Source: Octopus vulgaris (Eukaryota). Taken from it: a DNA stretch of 64,000 nt. The stretch spans positions 36,146,001 to 36,210,000 of the forward strand of contig OX597839.1 of assembly GCA_951406725.2 (NCBI GenBank), read 5' to 3'. A model generated the notes under the pieces. That model worked only from the letters and a program-made list of their open reading frames with translations, did no database searches and was not told the DNA's origin. Both the position numbers and the translations under genes were made by a program. Shown here one piece after another: positions 27,351 to 40,972 of the stretch. The number at the start of each line of letters is the position of its first letter. Positions within the stretch are counted from its first letter, which is position 1.

Positions 27351-27775
27351 ATGTATGTAAGTGTGTATATAAACATACATACATAAACTTTGGGTGAAGT
27401 CACAAGAGAAAAAGTTTCAAAGAGGTTTTAAGAAGAAAAACGAACTGAGCGAAAGTAATATATACAAATATATATATATATATATATTGATAGAATAGAT
27501 ATAAGCTAATGGATAGTAAGGTATTCAGACATGTATGTTCACACATGCATACATGTATAGTGTTTTAGATAGATGGATAGGTAGAAATATATAGTGATGT
27601 AAAAATAAATACTTCAGTAGAAGCAGATATTCTAATGAGTTCATAACAGATGCAATACAGAACTGTTGTAATGGACATAGAAAAATGTACCATTAGACTT
27701 AAAGTAACGAATAGACAGGAATATTGTCAGAGATGACATATAAATTTATGTACATAGAGATATATACTAATAGAT

Positions 27776-27788
27776 ACTGATGTATGTA

Positions 27789-27826
<38 letters not shown>

Positions 27827-28070
27827 TGATATATGTAGTGTATATATATATATATATATACTGATGTATGTAGTGTATATATATATATACTAATAGATAC
27901 TGATGTATGTAGTGTATATATATATACTAATATATACTGATATATGTAGTGTATATATATATACTAATATATACTGATATATGTAGTGTATATATATATA
28001 CTAATATATACTGATATATGTAGTGTATATATATATATACTGATATATGTAGTGTATATATATATATATA
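27776..28070. repeat. Minisatellite of tactgat(a/g)tatgtagtg(TA)n units
   Basis: About 8 visible units with variable TA length. Confidence 0.9.
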
Positions 28071-29799
28071 TAAAATCTTTATAAGAATTTATCAAGTAGA
28101 TTAAAAACACCTCACAAGGGAAAATATTTTAAATATATATATATATATATATATATAATTTTTTCTACATATAAAAATAGTATATGATATATATATATAT
28201 ATATACCAAAAAATTTTTCTGTCTGCTTATATATATATAAATTTTTGTCTGTTTATAATATACATATATATATGTATGTATATGTATATATCTATTTATT
28301 TTTCTCTCTTTCTATATATATATACATATAAGTATATAGGCAAGTAGAGATATTATACTAAAGGACAAACAGATCTGAAAATCTGGATTTTCTGATATGT
28401 AAAGGAATCGATTATTAGATAACTGGATAGGTAGGTCTTTAAATATTCCTTCCATTGAGTGGCGAGATATTTTTATTATATTTTTTTCTCTCTCCTCCAA
28501 AGACAGCGATTGTCGTCATGTATACGAGTGAGTGTATATGTGTGTATATATCATATAAGGTCACGCTTGGAGACATAAACACACACACAGGCTGTGAGAT
28601 ACCTTTTAGCTTTTAGCTATTACTTGTTTCAATTATTAGAATGTGGCCATGCTGGGGCACGCACCACTTTGAAGAGTTTTTAATCGAACGAATCGACAAC
28701 CCAGTCCTTTCTCCAGCCTGGTACTCATTCTATCGAGGCCGTAAACAAACCGACACCGGTTGTGGGGACAACACACAGATACACACACATACACTACGGG
28801 CTTCTTTCAGTTTTCGTCTATCGAATTCACTCGCAAGGCTTTATTCGAAGGTAGGTTGTCCAAGGTGCCATGCAGTGGGACTGAACTCCGAACCATGTGG
28901 TTGGAAAAGAAACTCGTTACTACATAGCCACGCCTTTGCTTATATATATATATACATACATACATACATATATAAAATATATGATTTGGAAATAAAAATT
29001 TTTACTGTCTCTATTTTGTGCGATTTTGATCGCAAATGTGTTAAGTTTACTGAAAGAAAAATGTAATGGTTAAAATATTACCAGCGTGTCTAGCTTTCAT
29101 TTGGGAAATAGGAATTTAGAGAAAATATTGTAAGCATCTATAGGAGATCGTATGTGTATATATATATAATATACATACACAAACACATGTATATATATAT
29201 ATATATATATAATATACACACACAAACACATGTATATATATATAATAGACATACACAAACAAATGTATGTATGTATATATATATATACATGCACATAAGT
29301 CTATATACTTTGCACACAAAAGCACCAGGAGGGTAGAAATACATAGGATATATAAATACCTATGTTTTGCATAGATATGTATATGTCTAATATACACAGC
29401 TTGTGGGAGCGTGTGTATATAGAATAAGTGGAAAACATTGTTTTCTGTCTCACACATATATACCTATGTATACACACACACACACACACATATATATATA
29501 CAGATGTGTGTACATATATTTATTTAGATACATGACGCATGTATATGCATGTGTATAAACATATCTATACACCCATATGTACGTATACAAATATATACAT
29601 CATATATGATGCACGTATATATGCGTCTATGTATACGTATGCATGTGTGTCTATATATACATATACACACACACACATAAGTATATGGATTTATGTATTA
29701 TAATTTATAAATACATATTTCAAAGTAAATGAAAACTTGTGTGGATATAAATATATATATACACACACACACATAAGTATATTAATTTGAAAGATAGGC

Positions 29800-29855
29800 A
29801 TAAAACTTTCATTCAAATTAGCATATATCCATATATATGTAGCCATCTATATGTA

Positions 29856-29902
<47 letters not shown>

Positions 29903-30510
29903 TTATATATATATATAATATATATATATGTACACATTCTCTATATAATATATATAAAACTTTCCTTCAAATTAGCATATATCCATATATATGTAGCCAT
30001 CTATATATATATCTATATATGTGTATATATATATATACATTTATATATATATATATATATACATTTATACATATATATATAATATATATATATATACACA
30101 TTCTCTATATAATATATATAAAACTTTCCTTCAAATTAGCATATATATGTATGTATATATATATATATAATATATATATATGTATGTATATATATAATAT
30201 ATATATATATATGTACACATTCTCTATATAATATATATAAAACTTTCCTTCAAATTAGCATATATATATGTATGTATATATATATATATATATATATATA
30301 CATTTATGTACGTATATATATAATATATATATATATATATGTACACATTCTCTATAAAACATACATTTATGTATGTATATATATAATATATATATATATA
30401 TGTACACATTCTATATAAAACTTTCCTTCAAATTAGCATATATATATGTATGTATATATATATATAATATGTATATATATATATATATATATGTACACAT
30501 TCTCTATATA
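29800..30510. repeat. Complex minisatellite anchored on aaactttccttcaaattagcatata
   Basis: The anchor recurs about 5 times, separated by (TA)n and cacattctctata. Confidence 0.85.
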
Positions 30511-30699
30511 ATATAATATATATTCTGTAATACAGATATATAAAATGTGTATATCTTTATATATTGGCTATGTATATATACAAGTTAGCAGTATATAGAC
30601 AGTATACGTATACATATGTATTAGATATAATGTCTGTGTATTGTTGGTTAGAAATGGCAAGAGGCTAGCGAATCCATTAGCCTGTGAGGAAAAGAACAC

Positions 30700-31520
30700 G
30701 GACAAATGTGGTGGAGAGAAAGAGAGAGAAACAGTAGATTGAGAGGGGGAGGAGGAAAGTGTATGGAAGAGAGGTATAAAGTGTAGAGTAGGTAGGAGGA
30801 TGAGGAGAATGTAGACTTATTGTGTCAGTGTGTGGGGAGCGAGGGTGTGGGGTAGATGGGAATAGAGAGGGGGAGAGTGAGTGAGTGAGTGAGTGTAAGT
30901 GAGAGAGGAGCGCTTGAGAAGTAAAATAGAGGAACAGGAAGATGTACTGTTGTGGTGGTGTGGAGGTGAATGGGGATGGGGAACGCAAAGTTGTGATAGA
31001 GAAGGGGAAAGAGGCAAGAGAGACAGAGTAAAACAGAGAGAGAGATGGATGGATAGTGAAATAGTAAGGGAAAGTAAGAGAGGGAAAGAGAGAAAGATAG
31101 ATGGATAAATAGAATGTGAAAGAGTAAGGGAGAGTAAAATAAAGAGAGGGAGGGAGAGAGAGAGAAGCAGGTAGATGTTGAGGGGGAAAAGAAAGACGGG
31201 GAGTGAGAATGAGTGAGGAACGAACGCGCGTAAATTAAAGAGGGGAAAGAAAGCTGAGGATAGAGAGAAAGTATGTCAGGAAAGTGAGAGAGAGAGAAAG
31301 GGAGGGAGAGAGAGAGAGAAAGACAGAAAGGGAGGGAGAGAGAGAGAGAAAGACAGAAAGGGAGGGAGAGAGAGAGAGAAAGACAGAAAGGGAGTGAGAG
31401 AGAGAGAGAAAGACAGAAAGGGAGGGATAGAGAGACAGAGAAAGACAGAAAGGGAGGGAGAGAAAGAGAGATAGAGAGAGAAATGGATGGAATGATGGCC
31501 AGAGAAAAATAAATAAAGCT
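30700..31520. repeat. Polypurine tract including a 30-bp tandem repeat (gagagaaagacagaaagggagggagagaga, ~31290-31460)
   Basis: Directly visible; lies upstream of the spen leader. Confidence 0.9.
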
Positions 31521-31559
31521 ACGGACATCCTCTCCCCCTCCAATGGCCCCTGTCTCACT

Positions 31560-32300
31560 ATTACCACCACCACCACCACCACAACTACTACTACTAGTCA
31601 CATAACTACAACTACTACTACTACTACTACTACTGCCGCTTGTACTGGAAATACCAACTGGTGCTACTACTACTACCACCACTACTACCACTACTACTAC
31701 TACTACTACTATAATTGCTGGCAGCAGTACTATTACTCTCCCCACCACCACCACCTTCCCCTTCGCCGCCGCCGCTATTACTAATAAGCCAGGCTTTTTC
31801 TATTACTACCACTACTATTACAATTACTATACGTACTACTATTGTTATTACTACTACTACTACTACCACCACGACTACTACCACTACTACTAGCATTACT
31901 ATCGTTTCGCCGCCGTCTCCCCCTCCTTCTCCGCCGCCTTAATCACACCACACACACACCACACTCACACTATTACCGCCGTCACCACCACCACCACCAC
32001 TACCACCACCACCACCACCACCACTGTCACGCCACCTTCCGCGCCGTCGCCGTCGCCGCCATCAGCAGACCAGTTAGCCAGTCAGGCAGCCAGCCAGCCT
32101 GTCAGTCAGCCAGCCTATGTGTGTGTACGTGTAGATACGCGTGTGTGTGTGTGTGTGCGTACGGTGTGTGTGTGCGTACGGCGTATGTGCGTGCGTGCGT
32201 GCGTGCGTGTGCCTGTATACGTATGTGTATGTGCGTTAGCGTGCGTATGTGCGTATACGCGTAAGCGTGCGTATGTGTGCGTGCGTGTTTCGTGTGTGTA
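31560..32300. repeat. Trinucleotide (CAC/TAC/CGC) and (GTGC/GT) repeat mosaic, CpG-retaining
   Basis: Directly visible; candidate spen promoter-proximal region. Confidence 0.85.
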
Positions 32301-32302
32301 TG

Positions 32303-33356
32303 AGAAAGCCGCCAACCAACCAACCCGTCATTCAGCCATCCCTCCAATCCATCCAGCCAGCTTAGCTTAGCTAGCTTAGTAGAGCACCTACTACAGCTAG
32401 TGAGCAAAGTTGTTGTTGTTATTATTATTATTATTATTATTATCCATCATTTATCATCATCACCATCATCATTATCATCATTATTATCATCATCACCACC
32501 ACCACCGTCGTCGTCATCGTCATTATCATCACCACCCCCTCCACCACCACCACTATTACTTCTACCACCACCACCCTCACCACCACTATTTACTTCTACT
32601 GCCACCACCACCACCGCCGGCACCAACAACTCCGCCGTCGCCTCCATTAACAACACAAAAACACCGACCGCCGCCGCCGCCACCACCACCACTTCTACCG
32701 CCGTCGCCGCCGCTTCTCCCACCACCACCGCCGTCGTCGCCCTCGTCGTCGTCGTCGCCGCTACTATTTCTACTACCCATTTATTACTATCACTACTAAA
32801 GCACACCAGCATTATTACTACCACTACTACTACGACTACCATCATCATCATTATTGCCGCCGTCGCCGCCGTGGTAGTAGTGGTGTGTCTTCTTTTTACT
32901 TTAAATATATATTATATACATACACACACACACACGCGCCGCCACACACCACTATTATTATTAATAACAACAACAACAACACCACCACCCAAAAAAAAAA
33001 AAACCATCATTATTATCATCATCATCATTACACGTAGTAGTAGTAGTGGTAGTTTTACCATTATTATTATTATCATTATTACTATCAATATTGTTATTAA
33101 TATCATCTTTATTAACACCACACCACCATCAGCATCACCATCAGCATCATCATCATCATCAACAACAGCAGCATCAGCATCGTGGTCGACTATCATTATT
33201 ATTATTATTATTATTATTACTACTATCATTATTACTACTATCATTATTACTACTATCACCACCAAGTGTTATCATTACTACTACTGTTGTTGTTGTTATT
33301 ATTATTGTCGTCTATGGCCATGTAAATGCATCATGTAGTGAAGTTTGCGGAAAGAG
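32303..33356 (+). promoter_or_regulatory. Probable long 5' UTR of spen, built of trinucleotide repeats with a uORF cluster at its 3' end
   Basis: (CAT/TAT/CAC/TAC/CGC/CGT)n mosaic with CpG retained. No ATG from 32303 to 33313, then ATGs at 33314, 33320, 33326 and 33333 just before the spen ATG. The TSS is unknown. Confidence 0.55.
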
Positions 33357-33439
33357 ATGGTGCGGCAAACGAGGTATCTCCTGGTTGGGAACATACCCGA
33401 GAAACTTACCAAGGAGAAAATCACAGAACACTTCAAGAA
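33357..33439 (+). CDS. spen: First coding exon of spen / SHARP / MINT (Msx2-interacting protein), start of the N-terminal RRM
   Basis: Manual translation from ATG 33357 gives MVRQTRYLLVGNIPEKLTKEKITEHFK+AA, matching the human SPEN N-terminus MVRETRHLWVGNLPENVREEKIIEHFKR. It is followed by a consensus donor AA|GTAAGT at 33440 (phase 2, 83 coding nt; as I recall the same exon-1 coding length as human SPEN). Exon 2 (expected YGRV.SVK) was not found in the window. Confidence 0.9.
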
Positions 33440-33479
33440 GTAAGTATTTTCCCCCCTTCAACACATACACCACACCACA

Positions 33480-34445
33480 CACACCTATATATATATATAC
33501 CTGTAATGGGTATATATTTACACACACAGTTATATATGTATGTCTATGTATGTTATGTATGATATATGTGTATATATATATACCACATTTATATATGTAT
33601 GTCTATGTATGTATATATATAGATATATATACCTGTAATGTGTATATATATATATATATATATATACCACATTTAGATATGTATGTTATGTATGATATAT
33701 ATATATATCTGTAATGTGTATATATATATATACCTGTAATGTGTATATATATATACCACATATGTGTTATGTATGATATATATATACCTGTAATGTGTAT
33801 ATATATATACACACATTTATACATGTATGTCTATGTATGTATATATATACCACATTTATATATGTATGTCTATGTATGATATATATATATATACCTGTAA
33901 TGTGTGTATATATATACCACATTTAGATATGTATGTCTATGTATGTATATATGAAAGCAAAAAAAAAGAATTATTGCCATGTTACAAAAACAATGTAGAC
34001 AGTATTGTTGTTATCCATATCAATATGTATTGATATATATATACATACATGTATATATACACACCTATTTATGTATGTATACTAATCAAGCTTTACGTTT
34101 TTTATATTGCCCTACAAAAATACCTTAAGTGTATATATACACACACATGTATACCAAGAGTCTGTATATATGTATGTAAGCATGTGTATATATAGTCATA
34201 TATATACACCTATTTATGTATTAAGTGTATATACACACATATGTATACCAAGAGTCTGTATATATGTATATAAGCATGTGTATATATAGTCTTATATACA
34301 CACACCTATTTATGTATGTATGTATACTAATCAAGCTTTAGCTTTTTTATATTGCCCTACAAAAATACCTTAAGTGTATATATACACACACATATGTATA
34401 CCAAGAGTCTGTACATATGTATGTAAGCATGTGTATATATAGCAT
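33480..34445. repeat. Degenerate tandem repeats at the start of spen intron 1, including a ~240-bp duplication (~34060-34445)
   Basis: Recurring tatacctgtaatgtg / ataccacatttagatatgtatg units; atactaatcaagcttta...ttgccctacaaaaataccttaagtg occurs twice. Confidence 0.85.
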
Positions 34446-34474
34446 GTATATATATATATATGTAGATGTATGCT

Positions 34475-34509
<35 letters not shown>

Positions 34510-34712
34510 ATATATGAATGTATACACACAGTTGTGTGTGTATATATCTGTAATGTTTGTTTTTATGTCAAGTTTTAAGCAGTTTTACATTAGCCTGAAA
34601 GTATTGAGCAAATTACTCAATACTTTTCTCTAGAGTACATATTATTATCGAACAAGAACAGCGTTGACAGTGACTTCGAAGTGTTCAGGGCCTGCTTCAG
34701 CCCTCCCTTCAT

Positions 34713-34753
<41 letters not shown>

Positions 34754-36035
34754 TGACCCCTGTCTGCCTTCTTAATTATAGATTCACATCTCCCCTAAGT
34801 CAGCCCATTGTTGTTATTGTTATTAATTAATGTTAATTAAGATATATTTTTTAAGGGTTTTTTAATTATTTTTGGTTTAATTACCGCCTTTTATTATTGT
34901 TTATTGTTTGTTAAGAAGTTTTTCAAGACACAAACATGTTTTGTAGTCCTTATTTCCTTAATTAACACCAGCCCTTACTACAATCATACGTGTATATAAA
35001 TATATATAAATATACATGCACATACACGTATAATTTCGTATTTACACCATATATATCCCTGCCAACTGAATATACATACGTATATTTACATCATATATAC
35101 CTCTGCTAACGAAAGTTACAGACATATATGTATAGACGAGGTTTATATATATAATATATATACATATATATACCCATACTATCTAAGTATACATGCATAT
35201 ATGTAGGTCCGGTCTATGTATTTATACACCATCTACACCTCTGCTAACTTAATATATTCGTGTATATATTTACACATCTCTGTCAGCTCAATATACATAC
35301 ATATATGTATATAGGTTTGGTATATAACATTCACACATCATATACACACCTGCCATATATGTTTAGTATATATATATATTTGCACACCACACACTCCGCT
35401 GCCTACTAAATATAAATGTATATTTATAGCATATACACTCTTTCAAACTGAACATGCAAGTATATATTTATAGCATATACACCCCCACCAACTGAACATG
35501 CATATATATATTTACGACATATACCCCTGTCAACGAAACCTATGAATCTGTATTATATATACCTACCCTAGACAGCTTCCTCTAATGCTAAATATACACA
35601 CCCCTACGTTTCTATGGGGTGTCCATTATATATATATATATATATATATATACCCAGCTAAAGTACCTTCTATGATGGTTTGCCTTCTGTATGTATGAAA
35701 AAGGTGTTATATTTAAAATAAAGAGATGGTTGTGATGTTCATGCCTTTCCCAAGGACACCCTAAAGTGAACTGTACACGTGTGGTATATATGTGTGTGTG
35801 TGTATGTATGTATAACAAGATATAGGTGATGATCGTTGTGTGTGTATAATGTAGTTTATATCACAAGTGAAAGCATTTATATTATATATACACGCGTATA
35901 TGTGTGTATATATATATATATATACCAAAACTATCAATTCAAAATATGGAGTTTGCTTGTTTTGAATTTTGGTGGGAATCGCTTTTTTTATTTTATTTTT
36001 GTATGTATATGTATGTATATATATGTAGATATATA

Positions 36036-36066
<31 letters not shown>

Positions 36067-37350
36067 ATTACACACGTGTGTAGTATGTATATATATACAA
36101 CACGCTCACATATGTGTCTATAGTTATATATATATATGCATATAGTACCAATGGTTTATTGGTAGTGACCTTTTGCATACAGTAGCCCTATAAGTACCAT
36201 TTTGTAATAAGATACTTGCCCAATGCTTTTACTACATACATATATATTTTCAAACAACTATGTTTATTGACAGTAACTTCGAAGTCTCGGCCAGTTAAGC
36301 CATCGTCATAGTTTCTAACAGAACACCTGCCCGTAACTGACCTCTGGTACCATGTACTACGAGGGGTACCTTGGTACCTATAGGTACCAGCTACCTCGTC
36401 GTATATAATTCCAGTTTATAGCAGAGCCCACTTCTGTTCTATAAACGTAGTACCCTGATGTCGTAGAAGACCCCTCTCGGTTCTATAGTGTACAGTATTA
36501 GTTGGTGTTATTTCCCCCCCCCTGGTTCTATAGTTTTATAGTATCCTGCCTGTTTGACCTTTTGTCTTTTTGCCAACCCCCCTGTGGCGTTACAATCCCA
36601 GTTGAGGAAGTGAGCCCTACCCCTTTAGTTTAGAGGGGTCAGTCAGGAAGTAACCCGTCTCTCTTTGTTCACTGAAAATTATTATTTCGACAAACCGGGA
36701 AGGAAAAGTGTGTGTGTTTGTGTTTATATATGTATATATATATATATATGTGTGTGTGTGCATATTATATATATGTATATATATACACGCACACAATTCT
36801 ATATTACATATGTATTCACTAATAAAATCATTGTATGTATGTGTGATTACGTACATATGGCAGTGTTATGAAACTATGCACACACACACACAGATATACA
36901 ATAATGAATATGTATTTATATCTGTAATATATATATATATATATATGTAATGATAATCAGGTTTCCCCACTTCCGATTCATTTCCAGCCACGTTTTTATT
37001 ATTCTGTTTCCCCCAATCTTATAAACTCCATTCAATCCCCTTCTAGTTTTATTGTTTATAACCCAACAAACCCGACGGTCAAATATGTCCCTTATTTCCA
37101 CAGATTTTGGTCAGTCACGTAGGCCTTTTAGATTAGAGGCCATGTGTAAAGGTAGAGAGACAGAGAGACATTGATTGGCGGTAGGGAGACATTGAATGGC
37201 TTTTCAGTCTAGTCCTACCCCGGGTATAATTGTTGTCGGGAGTGTGTAGCATGTGCCCTACTGCACACACACATATACTGGCCATGTGATTTTTCCCCCA
37301 GACCTTCTTTTTCTGTCTTCTGGCTTCATAAAATGGGACATGTCACATGC

Positions 37351-37384
<34 letters not shown>

Positions 37385-37892
37385 ACGTGTGTCCCCCTGA
37401 GCTAGATTTTATATACACACCCGTTGTATAGTTAACTTGCTTTAATAACAAAAAAATTTGCTATTAAATGGTGTTGTATATACAATACACACTCATCTAT
37501 GTACTGTGTGCGTATAAGTTCTATAGGGTCATTAAAACATATTGTATAGCCATCATATTACTGTCCGAAATGTGTATATAAATATATATATATATTATAT
37601 ATATACACACACACACACACACACATGCATATATATATATATATAGACATGTGGATGTGTGTATATTATACATATGTGTGGAATGTCTGTCCTCTCTGCA
37701 TTTAATAAACCCGCCATCATTAAACCCAGGCCAGACTCCCTAAATTACTTTAATGGCCAATCTCTAATGTTCTTAACCCAGTATGAAAAATCTCCAAGGC
37801 CTCATTTACCTAATGAACTACCAACAAAACTCTTATCGCGTGGCCTGATATTTTACCCACGTCGACATCTTTCATATCTCTCTGTCTCCTCC

Positions 37893-37964
<72 letters not shown>

Positions 37965-37971
37965 CATTTTG

Positions 37972-38023
<52 letters not shown>

Positions 38024-38033
38024 TTTTGCTCTC

Positions 38034-38065
<32 letters not shown>

Positions 38066-38165
38066 TTTTGCTCTCATATATATCTATATATATATATATA
38101 CACACATTTTGCTCTCATATATATCTATATATATATATATACATACACACATTTTGCTCTCATAT

Positions 38166-38215
<50 letters not shown>

Positions 38216-40064
38216 CAATATGTATAGAAATATACAACAATATATGTATATGTCTGCTGATTTTGGATGAATCATGTAAACTTTTCCATGAAACAGTTGT
38301 AATTGAAACATGTTGCTTATGTAAACATTGGCCAGTATCATAGATATAATGAATATTGCTGTGTGTATAGATCTGTGTGAGTGTGTGTACATTGGTGCAT
38401 GTATGTTTGTGTAGGCATTGTGTATGAATTTCATGTATGTGTAGATGTGTAAGTGTGTGTGTATAATTTGATTGCCTGGTTGTGAATGTGTGAATTGATG
38501 TATGTATATGTGCATGTGTGAATTCATGTGTATATATATATATATATATGTGTGTGTGTCTGTGTGTTGATTTGTGTATATGTGTGTGTGTGTGTTGATT
38601 TGTGTATATATGTGTGTGTGTGTGTGTTGATTTGTGTATATGTGAATGTATATGAATTGATATAAATATGTGTGAATATGTTTGGATGTATGTGTATGTA
38701 TAACACTGTATACATACTGATGTGTATATACTAATGCATACATGTATTGAAGTGACCTGTTTATAAGTCCTTTAACAATCAGCATGTATGCACACATGTA
38801 TATATATATGTGTGTGTGTGTGTGTGTATATATATGTATGTGTGTGTATGTATATATATATATATATACACACATACACATACATACATACACGTGTGTC
38901 TTAATATATGTCTGAGGTAATGCCAAGACACCAGGCCATCTGCCCTTGTACAACAAGCTACACAAATCCAAGATGGATTGATTCTTCATCTCATAATTAT
39001 TTTTAAAAATGGCCTCATTTCACCCAGAATATTGTAGCAAATAAACACATGCTGTGTGATTATTTCTGTATATTACATGTTATAATTTATATTTAGATAG
39101 ATGCACGTGTTTCCTCCCTTCATATACACCTCTCTCTGCCTGTGTGTATGTATATATATATATATATATACACTCATATACACCCATGTGTTTAATACAT
39201 CGCGCTCCATTAAACGCTATGTAATTTATAGTATACCTGTATATACATGTGTGCATATAGAATATATGGCATATGTATGGAATGTCATAATTATATGTAT
39301 GATATACATATATATACACACACACATATATCAGCATGTCATTTTAAATATGTATATATTCGGCAAAAGAGACCGATAGAATAAGTACTGGGCTTACAAA
39401 GAATAAGTCCCGGGGTTGATTTGCTCGACTAAAGGCGGTGCTCCAGCATGGCCGCAGTCAAATGACTGAAACAAGTAAAAGAGTAAAAGAGAAAAAAGAG
39501 TATATATTCTCATATATGTCATACATATAAAATGTATATGGCATACATAAATTGTATACTGTATATATATACATATATACAAAGTGTTTTTACTTCATAT
39601 GAATGTATATATATTTGTACATTTGCAAAAAGATATGAAATGCTGGCCTGTGCTCCAGCATGGCCGCGGTCCATTTAGCCTCAACTAACCAAATATATAA
39701 AGAGAATTTATATATAGAAGAATCGCGCGCAAACCTAAAGTCACTCATCTACTTATATCCTGTACATAGACACACAAATTAATACATATATGTGTGTATA
39801 CATACATACATATATATGTGTGTGTGTGTATATATATTTAATATCATATGTATATTTGTCTGCTTTTCTGTCTCTAGTGTACCCCTGCCCTCCTTTTTAA
39901 GGTCAGGCACCATTTCTCTCTCTCTTCTCCTTGGTACATATTCAACACCCACACCTTTGAATGTCTACCAGAGCTGGGCTCTCCTTAGAATAGCTTGCTT
40001 ACTGTCTTTGGCTGTATGGAACAGTGTCTGCCCTAGGATTTATTTCATTAAGTTGACACACACA

Positions 40065-40243
40065 CATCTACCTATCTCCCTACCTATCTGTCTACCTGTG
40101 TTCCTACCTATCTGTCTATCTACTTGTCTATATATCTATCTATCTATCTCCCTACCTATCTGTCTACCTGTGTTCCTACCTATCTGTCTATCTATCTATC
40201 TGTCTATCTCCCTACCTGTCTATCTATCTACCTACCTACCTAC

Positions 40244-40282
<39 letters not shown>

Positions 40283-40938
40283 CCTGTGTATCTATCTATC
40301 TATCTATCTATCTGTCTATCCATCTACCTACCTACCTATCTATCTATCTCCCTACCTATCTACATATCTATCTATCTACCTACCTATCTTCCTATCTACC
40401 TGCCTGTCTGTCTTTGTGTGTGTGTATTATGGCGACTGTGCAAGGCCTGTATATATATATCTTTGTGTGTACGTATATATATATATATATAATACAATAC
40501 AATATATACATTTACGAAGATGTGTTTGTGTAATATACGCGCGCTCACGCAAGTCAGGGAATTATGAGCACCTTTGTTAATACACACTGGTACAAATGTG
40601 TGATATATTTATATACACACACAATGTATTCAGTATTCATACAGTTGTATGTGTATATATGTCTGTGTGCGTGTATGAGTGTTTGTGTGTATGTGTGTGT
40701 ATATATATATATATGTGTGTTGGTGTGTGTATATATATTTATATACACATACATATATATATGTGTTTGTGTGTGTATGTATGTATGTGTTAGTGTGTGT
40801 ATGTATGTATGTGTGTTAGTGTGTGTATATATGTATGTGTTAGTGTGTGTATATATGTATGTGTTAGTGTGTGTATATATGTATGTGTTAGTGTGTGTAT
40901 ATATGTATGTGTTAGTGTGTGTATATTTGTATGTGTTA

Positions 40939-40972
<34 letters not shown>

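Noticed and set aside
27776-30510. Regularly recurring anchors with variable spacers, superficially CRISPR-like
   Set aside because: The spacers are (TA)n-derived and similar to each other; eukaryotic context with no cas genes; these are minisatellites.
32400-33338. 312-codon ORF in frame with the spen ATG, as a possible N-terminal extension
   Set aside because: GTG start, pure triplet-repeat content, and closed by tandem stops TAG-TGA (33336-33341) before the conserved SPEN Met.
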